Below the pieces are notes generated by a model. It did no database searches. It was not told where the DNA came from and saw nothing but the letters and a program-made list of their open reading frames with translations. Below are positions 12,312 to 24,141 of a stretch of DNA of 64,000 bases, one piece after another. The stretch's first letter is position 1; every line of letters starts with the position of its first letter. Origin of the DNA: Leucoraja ocellata (taxonomy: Eukaryota); assembly GCA_036785375.1 (NCBI GenBank), contig JAWMAR010000178.1, forward strand, positions 2,108,001-2,172,000, in the 5' to 3' direction. The translations under genes and the position numbers were made by a program.

Positions 12312-12449
12312 TTCTTCTTCTTTCGTGTGGTGTGCACAGCCTAAAGTTGTGGGACAACTTGTTCTATTTGATCTTCTGTTTGTGCACGTCGAGTTGATTG
12401 CATTAGTCGAAACAGGGTGGACCACGTGAAGGTTGCAATCTTCCACCCC
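12312..12449 (-). mobile_element. Short retroposon (~138 bp) with 5' HDV-like ribozyme, 3' stem-loop and (GAA)n tail
   Basis: Minus strand starts GGGGTGGAAGATTGCAACC and ends CACGAAAGAAGAAGAA; second copy at 37973-38093. Confidence 0.8.
12396..12449 (-). ncRNA. Minimal HDV-like (CPEB3-type) self-cleaving ribozyme, predicted
   Basis: GGGGUGG(P1) AA GAUUGCA(P2) ACC(P3) UUCACGU(L3) GGU(P3') CCACCCU(P1') GUUUCGA CUAA(J4/2 with candidate catalytic C) UGCAAUC(P2'); P1, P2 and P3 pair fully, with a G1.U wobble. Confidence 0.85.
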
Positions 12450-12537
12450 ATTTATTTACTTGCAACTGTGCGACTAAATTCAGCTCTAACTTCTGTTCTA
12501 ACTCCATTTACAAGTTTGCAAATGACACAACTGTAGT

Positions 12538-13170
12538 TCAAGATCAAGTTCACATTTATTGTCACATGCACCATTTAAGCTACAGTGATATTTGAGTTAC
12601 CATACAGCCATACAAGTATAAAGAACCCAATACACAATAGAATTTAACATAAACAGCCACACATCGGAACACTGCGGCTTGGGAGTTCCTGAATCGGCCG
12701 CTTCTTACCGGAGACCGCGGCTTCACGAAGTTAAAGTCCACAGGCCCGGCGGTCGGAGCTCCATCACTGCTGATCCTTGGCAAAGGATCGCAGCTCCACG
12801 ATGTTAATGTCCGCGTCCACGGCTAAAAGCTCCGCAGACCGCTGCTCCATGATGTTAAAATCAACAGGCACCCGCGGTTGGAACTTCAACACAGGCAATC
12901 CTCGGCAAAGGATGCCATTGCCCACTCTGCGATGGGAAGTCCGCACCGCACCTGCTGCTTAAAGCTCTAGGCTGGTCTCCGTTCTGGAGAGGCCGCACCA
13001 AACCAATTGTTAGGCCACGAGGGGGGCGAAGATGCATCTCCGTCGAGGTAAGTGACTGAAAACGGTTTCCCCTTATTTCCCCCCACCCCCCACATCAAAA
13101 CATGCCGTGAAACATTAAAACATACATTTTGACACTAAAAATAACCAAAAAAGTCGAAAAAACACACGAG
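12538..13170 (-). mobile_element. GC-rich non-coding retroposon with Rex1-type tail
   Basis: 7-bp TSD CTGTAGT at 12531-12537 and 13171-13177; minus-strand end ...GGTGCATGTGACAATAAATGTGAACTTGATCTTGA; GAAACCGTTTTCAGTCACTT motif shared with the 53723 copy. Confidence 0.75.
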
Positions 13171-13446
13171 CTGTAGTGGGCTGGAGCTCAAACAATGATG
13201 AGGTGGAATACAGGAAGGAAATAGCGAACTTAGTAACGTGATGTCAAGATGACAACCTCTCCCTCAATGTCAACAAAACAAAGGAACTAGTTATTGACAT
13301 CAGGAAATGAGGTGGTGAAACATGCCCCAGTCAGCATCAATGGTGAAGGGGAAAATGGCAAGAGCTTCATGTTCCTAGGCATAAAATATCAGCACCATTT
13401 GTTCTGGTACAATCGCATTGAAGCTACTTCTATAAAAGCACACTAA

Positions 13447-14210
13447 AGGGCCTGTCCCACTTAGGTGACTTTTTAGGTGAGTGCAGGAGACTCTGCGCTC
13501 GCCACATGGTCGCCACATGTTCGCTGGTGGTTTCTGGTGAGTCTCATTCATGGTCGCGAGGAGTTCCCACATTCAGGGAACTAGTCGCGGCCTCAGTATG
13601 GTCGCCGAAAATATTTTCAACATGTTGGAACATTTTCTGCAACCAAAAATTGGTCGCCATAGAGAAAATTGATAATCCTGTAGTCGTAGGTGCAATTGTA
13701 GTGGGGTCAAGTAGTTATACGTAGTCGTGGGTAGTTTTAGTTAATCGCCTTTGCTGACTGGGCATTTTCATTGGCTCATTTGGGAAAAAAAACGTAAGCA
13801 CGAGTTTTCAGAACCAAGGATAACCGACCGTTAATGTTAAATGCCCGCCGAACTTCATAGCTGTGTATCTCTGGCTTATTAAAAGTTGTCTGGCTTCTTA
13901 AAAGTGTCTCCACTCCTTCTCCACTCCCCCCCCCCCCCCCCCCCCCCCCTCTTGTTAAGGACTTACCGTACACTGTGCTAGCCGTCTTAACCTTCCTGTT
14001 CATTGCGCTGTGTGTCTGTATCACCTTGGCTTCGCACCGTGTGAATTTAACACAGCGCTCCCCCGCATTCCCTGGCCTCCGCCTTTGCAATGTGTGTGTG
14101 TGTGTGTTCCACTCTGACAGTCGCCGTTCCCGTTCCCAGTTTTTCAGGCGAGTACCGCGAACGTGACAGCCGGCAATCCACTGAATAATTGCCGAAGTGG
14201 GACAGGCCCT
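13447..14210. mobile_element. PIF/Harbinger-type non-autonomous DNA transposon (MITE)
   Basis: TIR AGGGCCTGTCCCACTT / AAGTGGGACAGGCCCT; TAA duplication at 13444-13446 and 14211-14213; removing it rejoins the Rex1 frame. Confidence 0.85.
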
Positions 14211-14347
14211 TAATGCCTTTACTTCCCCAGAAGACTAAGGAGGTTCAGCAGGTTTCCAACTCTTACCAACTTCGACAGATGCACTGTAGAAAGCATCCTA
14301 TTGGGATGCATGACAGCTTGGCTTGGCAACAGTTATGCCCTCGACTC

Positions 14348-14942
14348 AACATAGAAACATAGAAACATAGAAATTAGGTGCAGGAGTAGGCCATTCGGCC
14401 CTTCGAGCCTGCACCGCCATTCAATATGATCATGGCTGATCATCCAACTCAGTATCCCGTACCTGCCTTCTCTCCATACCCCCTGATCCCCTTAGCCACA
14501 AGGGCCACATCTAACTCCCTCTTAAATATAGCCAATGAACTGGCCTCAACTACCCTCTGTGGCAGAGAGTTCCAGAGATTCACCACTCTCTGTGTGAAAA
14601 AAGTTCTTCTCATCTCGGTTTTAAAGGATTTCCCCTTTATCCTTAAGCTGTGACCCCTTGTCCTGGACTTCCCTAACATCGGGAACAATCTTCCTGCATC
14701 TAGCCTGTCCAACCCCTTAAGAATTTTGTAAGTTTCTATAAGATCCCCTCTCAATCTTCTAAATTCTAGAGAGTATAAACCAAGTCTATCCAGTCTTTCT
14801 TCATAAGACAGTCCTGACATCCCAGGAATCAGTCTGGTGAACCGTCTCTGCACTCCCTCTATGGCAATAATGTCCTTCCTCAGATTTGGAGACCAAAACT
14901 GTACGCAATACTCCAGGTGTGGTCTCACCAAGACCCTGTACA
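14348..14942 (-). mobile_element. CR1/HER1-like LINE 3' end (young subfamily)
   Basis: LYRVLVRPHLEYCVQFWSPNLRKD...EKAGTGY* in an open frame; (CATAGAAA)n tail on the + strand. Confidence 0.95.
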
Positions 14943-17219
14943 AGAAATGCACGTAGCCCCATTCATCGCACAAGTCATCCACCCGCTTCCCCAAGCTACT
15001 CTCTTCCACCTCCCCCCCCCTCTCATTTAAACACATATCCATTTAATACTACCTTGGGAAAGCAGCCCAAGAATAATCAAGGACAACTTAATCAAGGACA
15101 ATTTTAATCCCAGTCATTCCCTCTTCTTCCCCCTCACATTGGGTAGAAGATACAAACACCTACCACCAGATTCACGAACAGTTTCTTACCCACTATTATC
15201 AGACTACTGAACAATCCTCCCATAAGTTGGTGCAATCTTTGTCACCCAAACTACCTCTGAGTGGACATTGCACTTGATATTTGCACTACCACTGTAACTG
15301 TAACACTGACACTAACATCACATTCTGCACGGTAGTATTTTTCTCTTTGCACTCACTACCTGTTGTACCTTGATTGTGCTCGTGTATGATTTGACTGGAT
15401 AGCACATAAAATATTTCACTGTATCTCCGTACACATGGCAATGATGAACCAATACCAATAAATGTATATGTAGGATCCCACTGCAGTTGCTTCCAATTCT
15501 ACTATTGCTGAGTATGTTTCAAGTCGGGCATTTTTAAGTGGACACCATTGTATAACAGTTTTCCTGCTCAACACTGGAGTGATTAAGCTGATCATTCACA
15601 AACGTGCTGGGAGGGCTGACGAACTAAACACAAGCTGCATCGTCAATCTGACACTTGCGGTCTTTGTGAGATGACAGTGTCTGTACAGAACGAGTAGTTT
15701 GGGAGTGGGTGGCTGTCAAAATATTTTTCAAGAAACAAAATGTGCAATTCAAGCAATTGCCATTTAGTTCTGTTGCAATAAAGTGTCTTTTGTCAGAGTC
15801 CTCAGATGGCCTTTAACGCATGTACACTAGTTATAAAGGAAAATTGTGCCGCTCAAGATATGTTTGGTAATTTAGATTAAATCGTTTTTGAGTTATATGT
15901 GGACACTAAGAAAGTGTTTCTGTTAGATTCAACCTCACTGTGGAAAATAAAGGCACATATGGTTAAAATATGAAGCTATTTTGAAAGGACAGAACTGTGG
16001 TTGTTGGCAATGATTAACACGGCAAGCTAGTGTAAACAGGATTTTTTTCTTTCTGGGTACTTGTAGTTCTCTGCATAATGTTGATTCCTGTGGTGCTGAA
16101 GTAAATGCAGCCAACTACATTCCATTTACTCAAAATGCTGGACTTTTTTATGTTTACATTTTTTAACAGTTATAGCTGAATGTGCTGCTTAAATGAAATA
16201 ATGTTGTCAACATGGGCTCGTCCTCTTGTTCTAATAGAATTTCCTGTTGAGTAGAAATGATGAATATAGAGACAGTTAAGGGAAAGAGGGGCTTGAAACT
16301 AAAAGCAAACATGTTACAAGAGCCTTCCAGGTGAACTGGTACATGTGGGAGGAAGTAAAATGCGTGGGAAGGAACTGCAGATGTTGGTTTAAACCGAAGA
16401 TGGACACAAAAAGCTGAAGTCTCGACCCAAAACGTCACCTATTCCTTTTCTCCAGAGATGCTGCCTGACCCGCTGTTACTCCATCATTTTGTGTCTGTTT
16501 GTGGGATGAGGAATGTATTAATGGCATTTCGGGTGTCTCTTTAAGGTTGTAAAAGTCTCTGTTAAAGCTCAAAAGATAAATATTTCAGAAAAGGAAGGAA
16601 ATGGAAAAAAGTGTAAAAATTAAATAAATCTGTTGAAAGCACACTGCTAGGTAATGAGCATTTGTGGCAAAACAATGTTTTGGGTTCTACCTATCAATTC
16701 TGCTGTTGTCATGGTCTTGTTTTTTCTCCTTATCGATCTATCAAAAATATCGTTCTGCTTGACTGGCATTTAAAATAATATATTTATGACATTTAAGAAG
16801 GAACTGCAGATGCTGGAAAATCGAAGGTAGACAAAAATGCTGGAGAAACTCAGCGGGTGAGGCAGCATCTATGGAGCGAAGGAAATAGGCAATATTTTGT
16901 GTCGAAACCCTTCTTCAGATATATGTATGACTTAATTTTTATGCCAAATTAGCCAAATTGTTGGTGGAGTTTGGTCCCACAGGTGTTGGGTACAGTCTTC
17001 TACCACACCAATGGTGCTTTGGCATGTCGACGGTCTTATTTAATTGTCGCATGTCAACCCATTCCTGAGGTCCACGAAAGTACACTGGGAGAATCACCGA
17101 GGGGAGCCTTGACAAATTCCCCCCCCCCCCCCGTCTAACTGACGGGATTCGCAATTAATTCAGTCCTCTGCCTACAATGATGAATGAGATCGGTTAACTT
17201 GGTAACGGCCAAACACTGA

Positions 17220-17533
17220 ATTTAGTTTAGTTTAGAGACAGCGTGGAAACAGGCCATTTGTCCCACCGAGTCCACACTGACCAGCAATTACCTGTACACA
17301 GCGATCACCTGTACACTAGTTCTAACCTACACATTAAGGACAATTTACAGAAGCCAATTAGCCTACAAACCTGTGTGTGGAGTGTGTGAGGAAACCAGAG
17401 CACCTGAAGAAAACCCACACGGTCACGGGGAGAATGTACAACCTCTATACAAACAGCACCCATTGTCAGGATCGAACCCAGGTCTCTGGCATTGTAAGGC
17501 AGCAAACTCTACTGCTCTGCCATTGTGCTGCCT
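17220..17533 (-). mobile_element. tRNA-derived HE1/V-SINE-like element
   Basis: Minus strand has a B-box GGTTCGATCC, a V-domain-like TTCTCCCCGTGACCGTGTGGGTTTTC...GGTTTCCTC, and a CR1-type tail GGCCTGTTTCCACGCTG followed by (CTAAA)n. Confidence 0.8.
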
Positions 17534-18481
17534 CTACTGAGCCATCAGTGGGTATCTTTGCTTTACGTATTTAATTATTTTCCATTGTTTCTCTGGGAAA
17601 GGATGGCTCTCCTGTTGGCTACTTGTCCTGCCACACTATCAATAAAATGATACATAAATGTAGATTGGTTTCCAACAAGCTCTACATTGCATTGTCTGTG
17701 GTTCAAGCCTTTGGAATAGAGTTTTATATTAAAACAAGAATCCTTCATTTCAAGGGATTGAACACCTGAGATTAGAAATGTAGAAATAAATTGCAGATGC
17801 TGATTTATACCAAAGATAGACACAAAACGCTGGAGTAACTCAGTAGGTAAGAAACCATCTCTGGAGAAAAAGAATGGTGACACTACAAAATGTTACTCCA
17901 ACACTTTGTGTCTATCAACCTGTGATGAGAAGCTGGTCTCTGAGCACACTCTGTTGTAGATTTTGAACAGCTACTGCTACTGCGGACAGGAGAGCAAGAG
18001 TGAGAACTGAAGATGACAGCTTTAGTCCTTTGTAGGAATTCACTCTCAACTGGCAGCAATCAGTATATTTGACTGGGCCACTGTGTTGAGATGTTCAGTG
18101 CTCCACAATCATTCCATTGCTTTTCACTAGATGTTGATCTCCCGCCTCATCTCTAAGAAAAGAAGAAATGAGAGGAGCAGATGGGCTGTTTATGATGGGA
18201 CTAAAACCATCTCTTCTGTGTTTCTGCTTTCCCCTGCACACCTTGCCCATCAGACATGTTTCTGATGTAACTCTGAAATAGCATCCTCTTGTTTCTTCCT
18301 ATCAGCTATCCCCTCCTCCTTCCTTGGCTCATCTTCTGTATGATTTTCATCTCTGGCTCCCTCTCCTATTCCATTATTCTACTTCCCATAAATCTCTAGC
18401 CCCTCTCCCAACTGCCATCATCCCTCATTTCATGTAGTTGGATCATCGTGTATTCTTAAAGTGATTGCACATAACCTGTTG

Positions 18482-18484
<3 letters not shown>

Positions 18485-18547
<63 letters not shown>
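18485..18547. repeat. (TG)n microsatellite
   Basis: ~31 TG units. Confidence 0.98.
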
Positions 18548-18548
<1 letters not shown>

Positions 18549-18703
18549 GCATCTCATCAACAGTGATTATTCCTGTGTTTTCATGATCTCAATGTCTCTT
18601 CAAAAGTTAACGTTTATATGATTATATTATAGAAACATATATTAAGCATTCTGCTTCAGTAATATTGCTTTGTGCTGAGAAGTTGCCTTGTTCCATTCTA
18701 CAG

Positions 18704-18889
18704 GAGCGACTGGGGAGCAAAATTCTTGCATCCACACCTCCAGCCTTGTGACTACTATGACTTTGTCAACGATAAACAATCAGATCTCAGCTTTAAAGAT
18801 TGGAGACTCTTGTGAGACGTTGTCACAACAGGAAGACATAGTCCTTCAAACTGTTTTAGCCAACCAGCAAACAGCCACTTCCCTTCATG
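18704..18889 (+). CDS. KANK1: KANK1 internal exon (poorly conserved linker exon), phase 1-1
   Basis: ttccattctacag|GAGCG...CTTCATG|gtatgt; 186 nt open (ATGEQNSCIHTSSLV...QQTATSLH); phase fits the next exon; assigned by position and phase rather than sequence similarity. Confidence 0.7.
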
Positions 18890-19802
18890 GTATGTATTAT
18901 GGAAAAAGTGTATTTTTAAATTTCAAACCAGTCGACAAACTTACCAACAACCCAAAAATGTGTGAGAGAGAGAGAGAATATTATTGATTCCTGTGTTTTC
19001 ATGCTTTCAATGTCTTTGGAGAGATAAAATAAATAGCTCTTGGAGTACTGACATGAGAGGTTTATAATACTCATTTTGTGGTTGTTAATGTTCCTCATTT
19101 TCACACATCAACAGAGAAAATCCCAAGGCTGCAAAAAAATAACATTCGAAGGACAAAACAGGAACTATTTCAACTTCTAACTGAACTGCCTTTAAGATTC
19201 AATGAAAATACATTCACATCATTAATTCTTCCGAATAATACATGTACTTGTAAAGTTCTATACTGGGGATGGAGTGCTGGTATAATATCTGGCCATCTGT
19301 GCTAATCCAATTCACCCCTAATTGGTCCTTAACACTTAAAACATTTGAAAAAATATATAATTCCATCTTTTTGATTGCATGGAGGAGTGGGAGCATGCAT
19401 ACACCCATAATATTAGTGCTACCTCTCCACCCCCAACACAACCACCTCTCCAGCCTATTTCCCATCTGTGACACCAGTAAGGCAACTTCACATCACATAA
19501 TGATTGCCATGTGCTTACTGGCTTTGTATTTCTCACTTCACTTCAATTTGACATATCTTTCAAGCTCAGCATTGAAAATCTGAAGCCATGTCCTTTGGCA
19601 CACCATGAAACCACCATTCATTTGGTAGTGAGTTTATCTCCTTTGCAGGCAATCCAATCCAAGCAGTTCAGGAACTCTGTATCCTGTTTGTTCCTGAGCA
19701 GAACTTCAGATCCCTTACTGTATACTTAACAAACATCCTCTTTTCACATCTGAAAATATTGACCAATTAATTGTTTGAATCTCATCTTTGCAATCGGTTT
19801 TG

Positions 19803-20557
19803 TCATAAGTAATAAGAGCAGAATTAGGCCAATCGGCCCGTCAAGTCGACTTGGTCATTCAATCTGTCCCTCCTAACCTCATCCTCCTGCCTTCTCCCCA
19901 TAATCCATGACATCCGTACTAATCAAGAATCTATCTATCTCTGCTTTAAAAAATATCCATTAACTTGGCCTCCACAGTCTTCTGTGGCAAAGAATTCAAC
20001 AGATTCACCACCCTCTGACTAAAGAAATTCCTACTCATCTCCTTCCTAAAGGAACGTCCTTTAATTCTGAAGCTATGATCTCTAGTCCTAGACTCCCCCA
20101 CTAGTGGAAACATCCTCTCCACATCCATTCTATCCAAGTCTTTCACTATTCGGTACTTTCAATGTGGTGCCCCCTCATCCTTCTAAACACCAGCGAGTAC
20201 AAGTCCAGAGCTGTCAAATACTCGTCATCATTTACCCCACTCATTCCTGGGATCTTTCTTGTAAACCTCCTCTGGACCCTCTTCAGTGCCAGCACATCCT
20301 TCCTCAGATATGGAGCCCAAATTGATCACAATACTCCAAATGCGGCCTGGCCAGCACCTTATAGAGCCTCAGCATTACATCCCTGTTTTTGTATTCTAAC
20401 CCTCTTGAATAAATGCTAGCATTGCGTTTGCTTTCTTTACTACCAATTCGACTTGCAGGTTCTTTTGGGAATCCTGCACCAGCACTCCCAATTCCCTTTG
20501 CACCTCCGTTTCTGGATTCTCTCCCCATTTAGAAAACAGCTTATGCCTTTATTCCTA
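19803..20557 (-). mobile_element. Decayed CR1 LINE 3' part
   Basis: LEYKNRDVMLRLYKVLARPHLEYC and FPLVGESRTRDHSFRIKG...QRVVNL on the minus strand. Confidence 0.9.
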
Positions 20558-21061
20558 ATTTTGTTTAAAATTCACAAAATACTTGATACAAAGTTGTTTG
20601 ATTTTGTAAAGTTGGCATTCGTTAAGGCCGTTATATATTCGGAACCCCAATTCTGTAATTAGTTTGGTGTACTGTTGAATAGCATTAAGGATCAAAAACT
20701 GTTTAAATGTCACTATGTCTGTGTCATGATAGTTTTAATTGTTCTAAAATATATTTTTATTTTAACTGGAAATGGTTTCTTGGAAAACCTCCCGAATTGG
20801 AGATGTGCTTTGAAACTCTGTTGCCTTATGTGTGAAGATCATGCTTTATTTTTGCACCATAAAGGGAAGCCAAACAATATTTTGAAATCCCTTTTCATGT
20901 TAAGTGAATTCATTTTCCTTTTGCTATTTCATGATCTTCACTTAAATGGTTTTGGACAAGCATTCCCACGCAACTGCAAATGTCATTCTTGTAACATTCA
21001 ACTACGGGATTACTGAGAACTCTACTTCCATCACTTAACTTGCACTGTCATTACATTTTTA

Positions 21062-21812
21062 GTATTAATGATTTGGAAGAGGGAATTAGGAGCAACACTA
21101 GCAAGTTTGCGAATGACACAAAGCTGGGTGGCAGTGTGAACTGTGAAGAGGATGTTAGGAGGTTGCAGTGTGACCTGGACAGGTTGAGTGAGTGGGCAGA
21201 TGCGTGGGCAGATGCAGTATAATATAGATAAATATGAGGTTATCCACTTTGGCGGCAAAAACAAGGGGATCACATCTGGAATATTGTGTACAGTTTTGGT
21301 CTCCTAATTTGAGGAAGGACATCCTTGCAGTGCAGCATAGGTTCACGAGATTGATCCCTGGATGGTGGGACTGTCCATATGAGGAAAGATTGAAAAGACT
21401 AGGCTTGTATTCACTGGAGTTTAGATGGATGAGGGAGGTTCATATAGAAACATATAAAATTATAAAAGGACTGGACAAGCTCGATGTAGGAAAAATGTTC
21501 CCAATGTTGGGCGAGTCAGAACCAGGGCCACCGTCTTAGAATAAAGGGGGGGTCATTTAAGACTGAGGTGAGAAAAAACATTTTCACCAAGAAGAAGTTG
21601 TGAATTTATGGAATTCCCTGCCACAGAGGGCAGTGGAGGCCAAATCACTGGATGGATTTAAGAGAGAGTTAGATGGAGCTCTAGGGGCTAGTGGAGTCAA
21701 GGGATATGTGGAGAAGGCAGGCACGGGTTATTGATAGGGACGATCAGCCATGATCACAATGAATGGTGGTGCTGGCTCGTAGGGCCAAATGGCCTCCTGC
21801 ACCTTTCTATGT
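21062..21812 (+). mobile_element. Decayed CR1 LINE with internal deletion
   Basis: INDLEEGIRSNTSKFANDTKLGG, HLEYCVQFWSPNLRKD, then a CR1 tail. Confidence 0.9.
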
Positions 21813-22763
21813 GAATTCACCATGAGAAGTGGGATGAGGAAATCGTTCACAATTATTTTTTGTTTGGCAGGGATACAATAGGCAGACAGAATAATAGAAC
21901 ATACAAATGGGCCCTTTTGCCAATCTCATCCATGCTGTCCAAAATGAAGAAGGGTCTCGACCTGAAACATTACCCATTCCTTCTCTCCAGAGAATGCTGC
22001 CTATCCCGCTGAGTTACTCCTGCATTTTTGTGCCTACCTACACCTTTCTATGTTAGCCCCATTTTCCTGAAATTAGTCCATATCCTTTTAAAATCTCTCC
22101 TATCCATGTACCTATCCAAATGTATTTTAAATGCTATTTATTGTTCCTGCTTCAGCTACCGGTACTTCCTCTTGCAAGTTGTTCCATATGTTTACCAGTT
22201 AAATTAAAAAAGTTATCTGAAAGATAGCGGAGTCAAGGGATAGGAGAGAAGGCAGAAACAGGGTACTGATTGTGAATGATCAGTCATGATCACATTGAAT
22301 GACGGTGCTGGCTCGAGGGGCCGAATGGCCTACTCCTGCACCTATTGTCTATTGCCTCTGTGTGGAAAAGATGTAACGCAGATTTTTATAATCTTCCCCT
22401 CTTATCTTAAACCTATGATCTCTAGTTTTTGATTCCCCAACCCTGGAAACTCTGCATTCACCCAAATGATTTTGTCTAATTTATTGAAAACATTGAGTGT
22501 TCTATCCAATGCAATTAAAAAAAAAAGAAGATGGTTATGCCTTTTTATGTTTTCAAGTCACATTGACTCTCAGGAGCATTTAGAATTTTCTCCTTTTTGT
22601 CATGTGGTCCCGCATCCTCTGCTTTAATTTCTTTTTCTCCTTGTAATTCTCCTTCAAAAGTTATTTTTTAATAAAAAGGTTCTCGCCTTCCCTCCTGCCC
22701 AGCTCACTCTGACAATGACTGGACAGGAATGAGGGAGAGAATGATCGAGGGAGAATAGAATCT

Positions 22764-23027
22764 AATGATGAATGATTCAATTTATTGTCATTGTCAGTGT
22801 ACAGTACAGAGACAACGAAATGCATTTTTAGCATCTCCCTTGAAAGGGAGACACAGGGCGTCGCGGTGTGCCCGCGCCTGCCGCCGTATACATTCCATTA
22901 CAGGCAAAGGTGGGTGAAGTGTCTTGCCCAAGGACACAACGACAGTATGCACTCCAAGCGGGATTTGAACCGGCTACCTTCTGGTCGCCAGCCGAACTCT
23001 TAGCCCATTGTGCTATCTGTCGCTCTC
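22764..23027 (-). mobile_element. tRNA-derived SINE with CORE-like segment and Rex1-type tail
   Basis: Minus strand: A-box-like TAGCACAATGG, B-box GGTTCAAATCC, GTGTCCTTGGGCAAGACACTTCACC, then ATTTCGTTGTC...ATGACAATAAA(TTGAATCA). Confidence 0.75.
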
Positions 23028-23146
23028 TATGCAAATATCATCACATTTTTCTACACACCAAGCTGTTATTTTTTTGGAAATTTAGTCGATATTGCTTTGT
23101 GGTTAACTCTTTTCATGAATGCATCATTGAATGTTTTTTATTGTAG

Positions 23147-23261
23147 TGCCTTCCGGCAGCACAGGCGCGCTAAAATCAATTATGAAAAAGAAAGATAGCC
23201 CCAGAAAGCACGAAGCAAATGGCATGAAGAAGAACCTTCAGTTTGTGGGTGTTAATGGAGG
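23147..23261 (+). CDS. KANK1: KANK1 exon, phase 1-2
   Basis: ttattgtag|TG...GGAGG|gtaagt; VPSGSTGALKSIMKKKDSPRKHEANGMKKNLQFVGVNGG resembles the KANK1 LKSIMKKK...KKNLQFVGINGG segment. Confidence 0.95.
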
Positions 23262-24141
23262 GTAAGTGTGAAACCTGTTGTTCTAATGCAGTAATTTGGT
23301 AAATAATTGGTCCCATGAGCTTTTAGTTTGAATTTCTTCCAGCTGCTACAGATAATTCAAATACTACTTTATTAAGAAAGTAAGTGTTTCAGTGCATGTA
23401 CTCTATTGTTGAGAGCAGAGAGCAGAGAAAACTACAATGTTGGTAGTTTGTTGCTATTATGATTGAATTGCCCATCTATACCTTGTTAGAACTAGAACAG
23501 TACAGGACAAGAACAGGCCGCTCGTCTCACAATATCTGTGCTGACATCCATCACTTATTTACCTGCACATAATCCATATCCCTGTGCATTCATATGCCTT
23601 ATCCAAAAGTCCTGTAACTGCCACTAACGTATAGGATTCAACCACCAGCACCCCCCCCCCCCCCCCCCCCCCCCCCCCCTACGCACTCACCGCTCTCCGT
23701 TTTTTTTTTAAACCTGCCCAGTGCATCTTTGTTAAACTTTGCCCCCACTTGCCTTAAATACCCTTTGGTATTTGATTTTTTCATACTGGGAAAAAGATTT
23801 TCCCCTATCTAAAATCTTCCCCCTGGCCACTCCTATTTCCCTACCCAAACAACGACAAAAACCACAAAAAGGCTCCTTTAGCGCAATGGGTTCAAATATT
23901 ATCTTGGAACTGAGAATATCTGAAAGTGATCTTCAAATGATAATGTATTTTTAATAACTCAATATTGCCTTATTAATTCCTGAAGATTGCTACAGGTGGT
24001 AGTGGATAAGATATAATAGTGACATTTAAGAGGCTTCTAGATAGTCAAATGGGTAGGCAGTGCTTGAAGGGGTATGGATCACATGCAGGCAGAGAGGATT
24101 AGCGCATCTTAGGATCATGTTCGGCATGGACATTGTGGGAT

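Larger units (their letters stand above)
11970..15460 (+). mobile_element. Decayed Rex1/Babar LINE interrupted by four younger insertions
   Basis: Pieces translate as LDPLQFAYHRNRS...LEHLD...FINYSSAFSTVIP (~12005-12180), SIYKFANDTTVV (~12500-12537), VVG..NNDEVEYRKEI...NLSLNVNKTKELVIDIR (13172-13305) and CLYFPRRLRRF...CTVESIL (14214-14300); tail near 15415-15460. Confidence 0.85.

Noticed and set aside
17178-17219. ATGATGA...CTGA resembling C and D boxes of a snoRNA
   Set aside because: Only ~42 nt from box to box, no terminal stem, and directly abuts a SINE tail.
22950-23027. A/B boxes suggesting a tRNA gene
   Set aside because: No full cloverleaf seen; runs straight into a SINE body and tail.
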